Positions 17,691-26,149 of a stretch of DNA of 32,000 nucleotides are shown piece by piece (position 1 is the stretch's first letter; each line of letters opens with the position of its first letter). The DNA is from Ruminococcus albus 7 = DSM 20455 (lineage in GTDB: Bacteria; Bacillota; Clostridia; Oscillospirales; Ruminococcaceae). The stretch spans positions 360,001-392,000 of the forward strand of contig NC_014824.1 in the NCBI RefSeq assembly GCF_000179635.2. Reading direction: 5' to 3'. The notes under the pieces are model-generated. The model was not told the DNA's origin. It saw nothing but the letters and a program-made list of their open reading frames with translations, and ran no database searches. The translations under genes were made by a program, and so were the position numbers.

Positions 17691-17834
17691 ATGTATAAGA
17701 TCAAACTGATTTTCACAAACGGATTCGCTGAATATTACGGTAAATTCGACGACTATAATGAAGCTTGCAATAATGCATATAACCTCTTTGCAGAAAATTT
17801 GTATAGAGGAGTATACGATTTTAAAGTGATTTAG
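17691..17834 (+). CDS. 47-aa hypothetical protein
   Basis: ACGGAGG RBS lies 8 nt before ATG 17691. A terminator hairpin follows directly. This is preferred over the antisense 67-aa ORF 17685-17888. Confidence 0.4.
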   Translation: MYKIKLIFTNGFAEYYGKFDDYNEACNNAYNLFAENLYRGVYDFKVI

Positions 17835-17842
17835 TTTTGTTG

Positions 17843-17868
17843 AGCCTCGCTTTTGCGGGGCTATTTTA
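17843..17868 (+). terminator. Rho-independent terminator
   Basis: AGCCTCGC-TTTT-GCGGGGCT followed by ATTTTAAT. Confidence 0.65.
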
Positions 17869-18000
17869 ATGATAACCTCCAACAGCACAAGAAAGTCCTT
17901 CCCCTTGCCTTTTGTAGTTTTAGATTTTGCTTTTATTCTGTTATTTTTTTATCTAAGCAGTACAAGTTTATCATGGGGGAATCTCGTAAATGGGTTTAGC

Positions 18001-19152
18001 TTATTCGCTACGATTCTCTAAGCAAAATTTGATATTGAAATACATCATAGTTTTATAAAATTCAATTCTCATCTTGTCACAAGATAAATCTAAATGGACA
18101 GGATCCATCATTTCTTCAATAGGATATTTTGTTATTGAATTTCTATAAATTGTATTATCTTCTGCTATTTCAAACTCATAATACATGCCGTCAATAAAAT
18201 AAAACTTGCATTTACCATACGGTTTATTTGTAAACCATTCTGGAACAAGAATATTATCATTTACATAAGTTCCGGAACCAGTGTTACTAAATGAATTATA
18301 TTCTATTTTTTTGAGAGCAATAACATTGTAAAATGCATCAAACTCTATTTTATATCCAGTTTTTGCGATTTCAATGATTTGATAACGATAGTATGTTCTG
18401 TAATTTGTCATATGTATAACTTCTCCCAGCCCAAGTTCCATGCACTCCTTATCTTCTTCATAATAATAATCATTTATAAATTTATCTACTTCAGCTTTAT
18501 CATCCGCTGCAGTAGACAACATATCATTTGAAAATAATACGTTGTCTTTTTTATCATCGGGTTTATTATCATTATAAACTATCTCGATTGCCTTTATGTC
18601 GGTCATTGAATACATAAAAGCTCCTTCGTTGATAAGCGCAGCGAGATGCCCAGATACTGCATGGAACAATTTTTCCAAATTGTCTGTATCTTTGAGATTA
18701 TACTTTTCTACAAAGTTTTTAAATTTAAGTTTTGACTTAAATTCGTCCATACTCATTTCAAACGTCTCAATCAAAACGGATGTCAATCTATCTACGCCTT
18801 CTTCATCGATTAGATATCCCATAAAAAAATCAGAAGGATTGTTTTTTCCATCGCCTTTAGGCGTTGCATAATTTTTCACTGTATTATAATTCATTGTATT
18901 AAGTGGATGATCTTTTCCAGATAATAAATGATAGCATACGAAATCAATAATCTCGCCTTTATTTAGTTTGATTGGTGTATATTCTTTTGATTTGAAAAAA
19001 GATATGTTACGAATTTCATCATCATAATAACTCGTTGTGTATTTTTCGAATACGATCGATTCATCATATGCTAAAACACCTGACAGAATATAATATAAAT
19101 CATACAAAACAACTTTTACATTATCTCTATTGCATCCATCTATTTTATGCAT
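18001..19152 (-). CDS. 383-aa hypothetical cytoplasmic protein, no domain recognised
   Basis: A long ORF in a very AT-rich block with an AAGGA RBS. There is no signal peptide or TM segment. It is Tyr/Asn/Asp/Lys-rich. Confidence 0.7.
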   Translation of the reverse strand: MHKIDGCNRDNVKVVLYDLYYILSGVLAYDESIVFEKYTTSYYDDEIRNISFFKSKEYTPIKLNKGEIIDFVCYHLLSGKDHPLNTMNYNTVKNYATPKGDGKNNPSDFFMGYLIDEEGVDRLTSVLIETFEMSMDEFKSKLKFKNFVEKYNLKDTDNLEKLFHAVSGHLAALINEGAFMYSMTDIKAIEIVYNDNKPDDKKDNVLFSNDMLSTAADDKAEVDKFINDYYYEEDKECMELGLGEVIHMTNYRTYYRYQIIEIAKTGYKIEFDAFYNVIALKKIEYNSFSNTGSGTYVNDNILVPEWFTNKPYGKCKFYFIDGMYYEFEIAEDNTIYRNSITKYPIEEMMDPVHLDLSCDKMRIEFYKTMMYFNIKFCLENRSE

Positions 19153-19187
19153 TTAATCACATCCTTAAAAATAACGATTGTATACCG

Positions 19188-19213
19188 GAGTAGGCCTGAG
19201 TAGTTTTGAGTAG
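19188..19213. promoter_or_regulatory. Three GAGTAG repeats at exact 10-bp phasing in a divergent intergenic region
   Basis: GAGTAG occurs at 19188, 19198 and 19208. It is followed by a candidate promoter, TTGTCA (19225-19230), 17 nt, TATGAT (19248-19253), facing the 19391 operon. Confidence 0.4.
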
Positions 19214-19390
19214 TCGAAATTTCATTGTCAAAAAAAAGAATATCTGCTATGATACTGGTACAGAAACAATATATCGTCTTTCAGAATCATAAATCAAAAT
19301 CATTATATCACAATCACATTTGATTTTCAAGTTGTAATAGGATGTTAAGCAATTTACAATATATTAACATGAAATGAGGAGCATGGTAAA

Positions 19391-19843
19391 ATGAAAGAAT
19401 TGACAGCACTGATATATAGTATTCGCCGATTTTATATAAAGGCGTTGCTTATTGACAGTAAAGAATTCTATTTTGAAGCTGATGGATTGGATGAGAAACA
19501 AAGAAGATATATAGCAGATAAACTTAATATGCAGTATTGGTTCAAGAATAACAAAACAATCTTTTCTACCACTATAGTTCCTGCTAATGTTCATATTCTT
19601 GATCAGAAGCTTGACAGCTATCTTTCAAGATTTATTATTGAGTTATGCATAGAAAACTGCCTTACTCGTCTTGAAAACTGCATAAACCAAAAAGTTAGGC
19701 CGCCAAATTGGGTAATTGCAGGAACCAAGTGTCTAAATATGGATAAGTCAAGCAAAGCGTATAAGATGCTTGAAATTGTTCTCAAGACATACCCGGAACT
19801 GAATGATGTTGATGGATATAAAGATTTTATTAATCGATTGTAG
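19391..19843 (+). CDS. 150-aa hypothetical protein
   Basis: GAGGAG RBS. It is the first gene of a three-gene plus-strand set. No domain recognised. Confidence 0.65.
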   Translation: MKELTALIYSIRRFYIKALLIDSKEFYFEADGLDEKQRRYIADKLNMQYWFKNNKTIFSTTIVPANVHILDQKLDSYLSRFIIELCIENCLTRLENCINQKVRPPNWVIAGTKCLNMDKSSKAYKMLEIVLKTYPELNDVDGYKDFINRL

Positions 19844-19904
19844 TTTTTTATACTGGAAAATAAAATTAGTTAAAACTAAATAAGAAAGACAGAGGAGGAT
19901 TGAA

Positions 19905-20222
19905 ATGATGGTATTTATTATAATAATTATTATCATTATTATAGTGTCAAGTGTGATAATGGAGAATGTAAGAGAAAGAGAGGATTTAAAAAGACTTGAA
20001 ACTGAATTTTACAAAAACAAGGCATTAGCTCAGAAAAAAAAAGATCAAGACTGTGCTAATGGAAAACATATTTGTGATGGATCTGGAAATTGTAAAAATT
20101 GTGGAGCGTTTATTCCAGAAGATAATAAACATTTCTGTAAATGCTGGTGGCGTGGTGAAGTTCCATATTATGGACATCAGATTTGTGACGACTGCTGCAA
20201 TCTGAGATTTTTGAAACGCTGA
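19905..20222 (+). CDS. 105-aa membrane-anchored Cys-rich protein (poly-Ile TM helix and a 10-Cys C-terminal domain)
   Basis: GAGGAGG RBS. The N-terminus MMVFIIIIIIIIIVSSVIM is followed by C-x5-C-x5-C-x2-C...C-x-C...C-x2-CC. Confidence 0.55.
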   Translation: MMVFIIIIIIIIIVSSVIMENVREREDLKRLETEFYKNKALAQKKKDQDCANGKHICDGSGNCKNCGAFIPEDNKHFCKCWWRGEVPYYGHQICDDCCNLRFLKR

Positions 20223-20279
20223 AGAGCAGTTTAAAATTATATGATGACAATATATTCAAAGTATTGGAGGTATTTTATT

Positions 20280-20507
20280 ATGAGTACATACGACGGTACA
20301 TTTCAGGGAAAGATAGCAAAAATAGTTGAACGTAACGATGGAAGTGGAAAGTGCGATATATACTATGGAGGACCTACCGGTGATGGTCCTGGTCACGGAC
20401 ATATTGTGGTTGATGGTTCGGACGCAGTACACTACTGGCGCGATTCAAACACATCACATTCTAACTATCTTCTCAATGATGCCAAGAAGAATCATACCAA
20501 AATCTAA
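20280..20507 (+). CDS. 75-aa Gly/His-rich hypothetical protein
   Basis: TGGAGG RBS before ATG 20280; the track start at 20241 lacks an RBS. The terminator at 20528 follows. Confidence 0.5.
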   Translation: MSTYDGTFQGKIAKIVERNDGSGKCDIYYGGPTGDGPGHGHIVVDGSDAVHYWRDSNTSHSNYLLNDAKKNHTKI

Positions 20508-20527
20508 GCAACTCTCAATTATTAAAA

Positions 20528-20560
20528 ATAGGGCGATTAACTCATCGCCCTATTTCTGTT
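20528..20560 (+). terminator. Rho-independent terminator
   Basis: A 10-bp stem pairs ATAGGGCGAT with ATCGCCCTAT, followed by TTCTGTT. Confidence 0.75.
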
Positions 20561-20830
20561 ATCTCGTTTCATATTCAGACTCAGGATAATCCTTAGCCTT
20601 TTCCATTATCATTTTCGTCAAAGCCTTTTGATGAAAATAATAAATGGAATGCGATGTATTACAAAATAAAGAGCTTGAATGTGCATTTAACATAACTGAA
20701 GCTAACGGCAAGCCGGTAATAGCTTTTGAGGGAGAATCACATGGCGGTTATAAAAAAGACTATATAGAACAGATATTATTTGATCTTAACATTTATTGTG
20801 TTTGCTGAATTCTTCATATGATTTTTCTTA

Positions 20831-20856
20831 AGGTTCGCTCTGCGAACCTTTTTTTA
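20831..20856 (+). terminator. Rho-independent terminator
   Basis: AGGTTCGC-TCT-GCGAACCT followed by a T7 run. A weak 54-codon ORF without an RBS (20644-20808) lies upstream. Confidence 0.75.
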
Positions 20857-20873
20857 TTACAGCTGTTTTTCTT

Positions 20874-20911
20874 TTATAATAAATACAGGAACACCTTTGA
20901 TAAATGGAGTC
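20874..20911 (+). promoter_or_regulatory. Copy C of the conserved motif TATAAT-N6-AGGA-N6-TTGATAAnTGGAGT
   Basis: The sequence is TTATAATAAATACAGGAACACCTTTGATAAATGGAGTC, 37 nt upstream of the 20948 start. Confidence 0.55.
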
Positions 20912-20947
20912 AAAACAAATTGAGTAGTTCAGATAGGAGGATAAAAA

Positions 20948-21670
20948 ATGATAAAATTTGGAATCACAGAAGCCGGCGATGCAGGCCTTGATTATAGTTG
21001 GGCTGACAAGCTTTTAGACGGCAATATAATAATCACCAAGCACTTAACTTCGAAAAACCAAAAACTTATTGAATTACTATTGAAAAACAGAGAGAAAATC
21101 ATTCTGCATGTAACCTGTACAGGATACGGTGGTACAAAAATGGAGCCGTATGTTCCGAAGGCTCAAGAAGTATATTCCGGGGTTATGGAGCTTATTTCAA
21201 AAGGATTTCCTGAAAAACAGATAGTATTAAGAACTGACCCCATTATTCCAACTGAGGCAGGCTTAAAAAGAGTTGCCTGGGTATGGGAGTTATTTTTTGA
21301 TGCAAATATTGATAGAGTTAGGTATTCAGTCATAGACATGTACCCTCATACTAAAGAACGGATCAGAGCTGTATTTGGAAAAGTTCCTTTTGAGAGCTTT
21401 AAAGCTCCTGAATATATGCTCAATAATGTAAGAAATTATATTGAGAGGTATTCAATGTTCTTTGATTTTGAAGCTTGTGCAGAGGATCTTCCGGGCAAAA
21501 CAGGTTGTATCAGAAAAAAAGATTACGAAATACTCGGACTTGATACATTTTATATAAAAGAAGGTGGCTTTCAGAGAAAAGGATGCCTTTGCTGCGCAGG
21601 GAAGACAGAATTGCTCACTCATAAGAAAAGATGTCCTTCTGGATGTCTGTATTGCTACTGGAAAGATTAG
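20948..21670 (+). CDS. DUF1848-like protein with a C-terminal Cys cluster (putative Fe-S, radical-SAM-related)
   Basis: AGGAGG RBS. The C-terminus CAED...GCI...QRKGCLCCAGKTELL...CPSGCLYCYW matches the DUF1848 pattern C-x-C...C-x3-C-x-YCY as I recall it. Confidence 0.6.
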   Translation: MIKFGITEAGDAGLDYSWADKLLDGNIIITKHLTSKNQKLIELLLKNREKIILHVTCTGYGGTKMEPYVPKAQEVYSGVMELISKGFPEKQIVLRTDPIIPTEAGLKRVAWVWELFFDANIDRVRYSVIDMYPHTKERIRAVFGKVPFESFKAPEYMLNNVRNYIERYSMFFDFEACAEDLPGKTGCIRKKDYEILGLDTFYIKEGGFQRKGCLCCAGKTELLTHKKRCPSGCLYCYWKD

Positions 21671-21802
21671 AGCTAAATGAGAAAAACTTTTCAGCAGCGA
21701 AAGACTCTTAAATCATTACAAAAAGAACGACCTTGAATTCGGAGATAAAGAAAATGGATACGAAGTTCAGTTTGCTGGATTGTGGGTATGCAGGAAAAGA
21801 AA

Positions 21803-21840
21803 CTGATAGCCGTCTGTTGAGGACGGCTATCAGTATTCAG
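21803..21840 (+). terminator. Stem-loop terminator
   Basis: A 12-bp stem pairs CTGATAGCCGTC with GACGGCTATCAG. The T tail is weak. Confidence 0.55.
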
Positions 21841-22052
21841 GCGTGTTAGGTTGCTAAGATAAACCAAATCAGAATTTATAAGTGAAGGAGGTTCGCTGCC
21901 ACTCTGAACTATTCAGAACTTCCCCTTCATTTGTACCTAAAACACATTACTCAATCATAATATGTATCAAAAATATTATTTGGACTATAATTTGTGGTAA
22001 GGCTTGCACACTCGACAAGCCTTCTTTTAATTATATTGACCGTAGTTTTCAA

Positions 22053-22092
22053 TTATAATTACTATAGGATCTAATTGTTGATAACTGGAGTT
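22053..22092 (+). promoter_or_regulatory. Copy B of the conserved motif TATAAT-N6-AGGA-N8-TTGATAAnTGGAGT
   Basis: The sequence is TTATAATTACTATAGGATCTAATTGTTGATAACTGGAGTT, 43 nt upstream of the 22135 start. Confidence 0.55.
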
Positions 22093-22134
22093 GTTTAATA
22101 ATTGGATTACTTTTTTATATACGGAGGAATTATT

Positions 22135-22761
22135 ATGCCGAACTGGTGCAGCACAGATTTCCGTTTTCACGGAAATAAAGAACAAATTGAAACACTTCAC
22201 AGTAAAATTACAGAATGGACTTCATCCTCAACGATGAAAACGGATTTTGGAGATCCGTGGCTTGGAAACATATTAATCGGTGCCGGATTTAAAGACAGGA
22301 TCGATAATGGAGACCCGTCAAAAAATGTAAGATGCCGGGGTACAGTTACTGAGATCGGTGAAATAACAAGCAGTAATAATGGCGATTATTGTTTTGATGT
22401 ATATACCGAAACAGCATGGGTACCTATGGGCAAAATGTGGGAACTTGTAATCAAAGTGTTAAATCTAACTTCTGTAGGCTTTTCATTCATGGCAGAAGAA
22501 AGCGGATGTGATATCTACTGGAAATATGACCCACATAATTACGGAGATTTTTTATACGAAGAGGTATATATTGATGCTTACGGTGATGATGATATAGAAG
22601 ATATCGGCGGTTACAGTACAAAAGAAGAAGCTATAGCGATACTAAATGAATTCTTCAAATCAACATTCAATAAACTCGAAGATTTTTATCCTCTTTGTGA
22701 GGAATATGAAAATGATCATGAAGATTGTTTTATTGGTCTCCACGAGTTCGAAATTGATAAT
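22135..22761 (+). pseudogene. DUF1281/YubB-like (MPNWC... ferredoxin-like domain) gene truncated at its 3' end by transposon insertion
   Basis: ACGGAGG RBS before ATG 22135. The N-terminus is MPNWCSTDFRFHG. From 22762 the reading frame runs into the transposon terminal sequence, and the ORF tail CYRSLYLSSRSERIL... is element-derived. Confidence 0.55.
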
Positions 22762-22920
22762 TGTTACCGCTCCCTTTATTTGTCATCCAGAAGTGAACGT
22801 ATCTTGTCATTCAGGGAATCGTTCTGTCGAGGTGCAGACACTCTATTTTGTCAAGATGACCACTCTATTTGTCAGGGCAGAATGCTCCTGAGAAAACAAC
22901 AGCGATAAACCAAAAACAAA

Positions 22921-22966
22921 ACGGTATCTTCCCGACCTTGTGTCCGGGAGGATACCGTCTTTTAAT
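22921..22966 (+). terminator. Strong stem-loop terminator just inside the transposon left end
   Basis: A 14-bp stem (22921-22934 with 22944-22957, one G-U pair) is followed by CTTTTAATTT. It plausibly blocks read-in transcription. Confidence 0.7.
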
Positions 22967-22986
22967 TTATTCGGAAATATGATATA

Positions 22987-23547
22987 ATGATTAGTAACCA
23001 TATTTCAGAAAGGAAAAACGATAGCCGTTTTGCTTATATGATCCGCGGTCATAACTCGGCTATCGTCTACACTATGTTTATTGTATCGAGTTTTTCCTCA
23101 TTTGTCAAAGACGATATTCATTATATTTTCGGTAAAGAAGAAGCAGTTTGCCCCGAGTGCGGTAATCATATGAGATTTAACGGCAGATGCAGACGTTTTG
23201 TTTTCCGTGAAAATAGCCGAAAGCGTGAAAAATACTCTATGAGAGTTTTTTACTGTTCTAAGTGCTATCACTATCATCGTGAACTGCCGGATTTTGTTGT
23301 CCCGTACAAGCATTTAAGCGCCAAAATCTACGCTGCTATTTGTGATGCAATAAATGAGTTCGTTGATGACCACTCAGCAGCACGCATTTGTCGCTGGGTA
23401 AAAGGCTTTTTAGTATTCGGTGCTGCGATCGTAAGAAGACTGAAACTTGAACACCCGACCCTTGTGACAAATTACGATAGCAATTCCACATGGGATACGC
23501 TCAGATATTTTGTCAGGGTGGTAGTAAACATAGGCGAATGGAAATAG
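22987..23547 (+). CDS. DUF6431-like Zn-ribbon protein commonly found upstream of this transposase type; true start uncertain
   Basis: Motif CPECGNHMRFNGRCRR...YCSKCYHYHRELPDFVVPYKH. A TATAAT at 22983-22988 overlaps the first ATG, so an internal Met (23038 or 23074) is likelier. No good RBS was seen. Confidence 0.55.
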   Translation: MISNHISERKNDSRFAYMIRGHNSAIVYTMFIVSSFSSFVKDDIHYIFGKEEAVCPECGNHMRFNGRCRRFVFRENSRKREKYSMRVFYCSKCYHYHRELPDFVVPYKHLSAKIYAAICDAINEFVDDHSAARICRWVKGFLVFGAAIVRRLKLEHPTLVTNYDSNSTWDTLRYFVRVVVNIGEWK

Positions 23548-23588
23548 GATGAGTTAACGTATATTGTCAGGGTCTTTTGTGCTATGAT
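23544..23588 (+). repeat. 45-bp perfect direct repeat, copy 1
   Basis: ATAGGATGAGTTAACGTATATTGTCAGGGTCTTTTGTGCTATGAT is identical to 26519-26563. Confidence 0.95.
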
Positions 23589-23618
23589 AAAGGTATCATA
23601 AAAAAGGAGGTGCCTTTT

Positions 23619-24953
23619 ATGGGCATGAAAGACAAGAAACTGGCAAGGGAGATAGCTGAACAGCGCATGATCATGATCGCGCCGCTGCTCGGTCTTCCTT
23701 TGCTGTCCGAAATCTACTACGAAAAACGTCGTGAGATCTCCGAAAACTTTGAATTATCCACCCGCACGATCCAGCGCTATGTTGACGCTTACAACGAGTC
23801 AGGCATCGATGGACTTGAACCGAAAGGCAGAGTCCCTGAACAGAACCCTGTCATTTCCAAAGAGATACTCGAAGAAGCTATTCGCCTGCGACGTGAAATG
23901 CCGTCTCGCAGTGTACCGACCATCATTAAGATACTTGAGCTTGAAGGAAAGGTCGAACCCGATATGCTGAAGCGTTCCACATTGCAGAAAGCCCTTGCGA
24001 AGATGGGATATTCGTCGGCTATGATGAAGGTGTATCAGGACAACGGCTATGCATCGCAGCGTTTTGCGAGAGTTCATCGCTGTGATCTTTGGCAGGGGGA
24101 TCTCAAATTTGGCCCTTCTTTGAACATCGGCGGCAAGGTACAGCCAACGTATATGTCCTGTCTTATCGATGATGCCACCAGATACATAATCCACGCTCAG
24201 TTTTACGGAGATATGGAACAGACCATAGTGGAGGATACATTGAAGAAAGGCATAAAGAAATACGGTACTCCACGCCGAATATATTTCGATAACGGTTCCC
24301 AGTACCGCACTCACTGGATGAAGCGAGCCTGCGGACTGCTCGGTATCCGTCTGCTGTACGCCAAGCCGCGAAATCCGCAGGGTAAGGGCAAGCAGGAACG
24401 TTTCAATCTTACGGTAGATTCGTTTATAGATGAGGTCGGACTTAATCCCCCCGAAAGTATTGAAGAACTCAATAAACTGTTTAATGCCTGGCTTTCTGAA
24501 TGCTACCAGAACAAGGTACACAGCGCGTTAGGGGTTACTCCGGAGACTGCGTTCAAGAGTGATTCTATGCCGCTGAATTATCCCGATGAAGCAATACTTG
24601 CAAGCGCATTTCTTCATTGTGAGACACGAAAGGTGAATAAGTCCGGCTGCATCAGCTTTATGGGCAAGGACTATGATGTTGGCATACTGTACGCAGGTCA
24701 GACGGTCGATGTGGTATATGATCCTCAAAACATCGCTAAGGTACGTATTGAGCCTAAGAGTCACGAGCCATTCTATGCCGAGCCTGCAAAGATCGGCACC
24801 CATGTTGCAAAGAAACCTACTCGTGCAGAGATCGAACGTATACCGACGGATTCTTCAAGACTGCTTGATGCTGTCATAAAAACTGCCGATGAAAGGGAAC
24901 GTAGAGCAGTCATCTCGTATTCAATAGCAATGGGAGGTGATGAAGATGTATGA
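23619..24953 (+). CDS. DDE (rve) transposase with N-terminal HTH and Mu-transposase-type C-terminal domain (TniA/TnsB-like)
   Basis: AAGGAGG lies 8 nt before ATG 23619. DDE candidates are WQGDLKF, YFDNGSQY and GKGKQERF. The C-terminus ISFMGKDYDVGILYAGQTVDVVYDPQNIAKVRIE is typical of the Mu C-terminal domain. Confidence 0.88.
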   Translation: MGMKDKKLAREIAEQRMIMIAPLLGLPLLSEIYYEKRREISENFELSTRTIQRYVDAYNESGIDGLEPKGRVPEQNPVISKEILEEAIRLRREMPSRSVPTIIKILELEGKVEPDMLKRSTLQKALAKMGYSSAMMKVYQDNGYASQRFARVHRCDLWQGDLKFGPSLNIGGKVQPTYMSCLIDDATRYIIHAQFYGDMEQTIVEDTLKKGIKKYGTPRRIYFDNGSQYRTHWMKRACGLLGIRLLYAKPRNPQGKGKQERFNLTVDSFIDEVGLNPPESIEELNKLFNAWLSECYQNKVHSALGVTPETAFKSDSMPLNYPDEAILASAFLHCETRKVNKSGCISFMGKDYDVGILYAGQTVDVVYDPQNIAKVRIEPKSHEPFYAEPAKIGTHVAKKPTRAEIERIPTDSSRLLDAVIKTADERERRAVISYSIAMGGDEDV

Positions 24954-25761
24954 GATGTTCTATGAAATGAAGCACACACCGTTCACACGAAGCATACCTA
25001 CAGATATGCTTTGCAAAACTCATCAGAATGCCGAGATACTTGACAGACTTGAATACACAGCCATGCATCAGCTGTTTACTCTTCTTGTAGGAGAACCCGG
25101 CACAGGTAAGACCAGTGCTCTGCGTCACCTTAAGGACAAGCTGCCGGAGGATAAATACATGGTGATATATATTTCCGATTCAAGGCTGAAACCGCGCAGT
25201 TTTTACTACTACACTCTTGGTATGTTCGGTTGCAAGGCTTCTATACACACCAGCATAAGCCGCCAGGAACTGATCTCGCAGACAGAGATAATGCGGAGCA
25301 TACATAACAGAAAAGTCGTTGTGATCATTGACGAGGCACATCTTTTGGGCAAAGAGATGCTGGAGGAAGCACGTTTCCTGCTCAACTACCGTATGGATTC
25401 AGAAAACCCTGTTTCACTGATCCTTTCGGGGCAGACCGAACTTTGGGACAAACTGAAGCTTTCAGCATACCGTGCTATACTCGGCAGAGTAGATATTGAA
25501 TGCTTTCTGACGCCTATGGATTTTTCGGATACAAAGAAATATATCGAATCTCAGCTGAAATATTCCGGACACACCGCCCCGATATTTACTGAGGATGCTA
25601 TGCGATCTATCTTTGAATTTTCCGGTGGAAATCCCCGTGCCATCAACCGCGCCTGTACCCAATCGTTGATCTACGGTTCACAAATGAAGCAGACCTGCAT
25701 TGACAGCAAGTCGGTGGATATAGTGCTTAAAAACGAGGTCACGGGGGTGAGAAGTTCATGA
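24946..25761 (+). CDS. AAA+ ATPase, TniB/ExeA-like transposition helper
   Basis: GGGAGG RBS. The start overlaps the transposase stop (ATGTATGA). Walker A is GEPGTGKTS and Walker B is VVVIIDEAH. Confidence 0.85.
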   Translation: MYEMFYEMKHTPFTRSIPTDMLCKTHQNAEILDRLEYTAMHQLFTLLVGEPGTGKTSALRHLKDKLPEDKYMVIYISDSRLKPRSFYYYTLGMFGCKASIHTSISRQELISQTEIMRSIHNRKVVVIIDEAHLLGKEMLEEARFLLNYRMDSENPVSLILSGQTELWDKLKLSAYRAILGRVDIECFLTPMDFSDTKKYIESQLKYSGHTAPIFTEDAMRSIFEFSGGNPRAINRACTQSLIYGSQMKQTCIDSKSVDIVLKNEVTGVRSS

Positions 25762-25997
25762 CAGAAGAACTGCTCCATGATGCTGTACTGATCTGGCTGC
25801 TGCGCCGACTGGATCTTTCAAAAGCAAGGCGAGAGGTATTTGAGTATTTTCAAATGCTCACCGAGCAGGATGATGGCAAAAAAATAAGCCGTTATGATCT
25901 CACTATGGAGATCCTTGATATTCTTGATCGACATGAACTGCATTACAGTGACGGCTATATCTGCTCGTCATGCCCTAATGAACCTTACCCATTCTGA
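25758..25997 (+). CDS. 79-aa hypothetical protein coupled to the ATPase gene
   Basis: ATGA stop/start overlap at 25758-25761. No domain recognised. Confidence 0.45.
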   Translation: MTEELLHDAVLIWLLRRLDLSKARREVFEYFQMLTEQDDGKKISRYDLTMEILDILDRHELHYSDGYICSSCPNEPYPF

Positions 25998-26082
25998 ACC
26001 AAGTTTTTTTGCAGGAAGAATCTGTCTCTTGTGCATTAAAAAAGAAAATGCCGGACTTGAATAATTCTTTCTCCCGGATTCT

Positions 26083-26120
26083 CCAAAAAATACGCCCACA
26101 CCGTAATAAACGATGTGGGC
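26083..26120 (-). terminator. Rho-independent terminator of the dockerin gene fragment
   Basis: Stem GCCCACA/TGTGGGC at 26094-26120, with a T6 run on the minus strand (26085-26090). Confidence 0.7.
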
Positions 26121-26149
26121 ATATTCATTAGAAATAACAGGTGAATTTA

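Larger units (their letters stand above)
22762..26082 (+). mobile_element. Mu/Tn552/TniAB-type transposition module (DUF6431 gene, DDE transposase, AAA ATPase, small ORF); left end defined, right end not identified
   Basis: The left terminus starts TGTTACCGCTCC at 22762 and is homologous to 7196. Multiple direct TTGTCA(A/G)G sub-terminal sites lie in 22779-22875. I found no inverted copies (CTTGACAA) anywhere in the window. Confidence 0.5.

Noticed and set aside
17685-17888. 67-aa minus-strand ORF
   Set aside because: It has no RBS and runs through a plus-strand terminator. The plus-strand 47-codon ORF with a GGAGG RBS explains the region better.
20644-20808. 54-codon ORF (MECDVLQNKELECAF...) between two terminators
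   Set aside because: It has no RBS and no recognisable features. It may be a gene remnant and is too weak to call.
21730-21805. Short open frame ...FGDKENGYEVQFAGLWVCRKRN-stop upstream of the 21803 hairpin
   Set aside because: It has no start codon or RBS. It is probably the 3' remnant of a deleted gene and is not callable.
23799-24521. 240-aa minus-strand ORF
   Set aside because: It is antisense to the DDE transposase. It has no RBS and no recognisable motif.
23619-25761. Classification of the two transposition genes as IS21 istA/istB
   Set aside because: The gene order is similar. However, the transposase ends in a Mu-type C-terminal domain, the ATPase has ExeA/TniB-like GEPGTGKTS and DEAH boxes, and a DUF6431 gene precedes them. 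I therefore call it a Mu/TniAB-like module, and this needs HMM confirmation.
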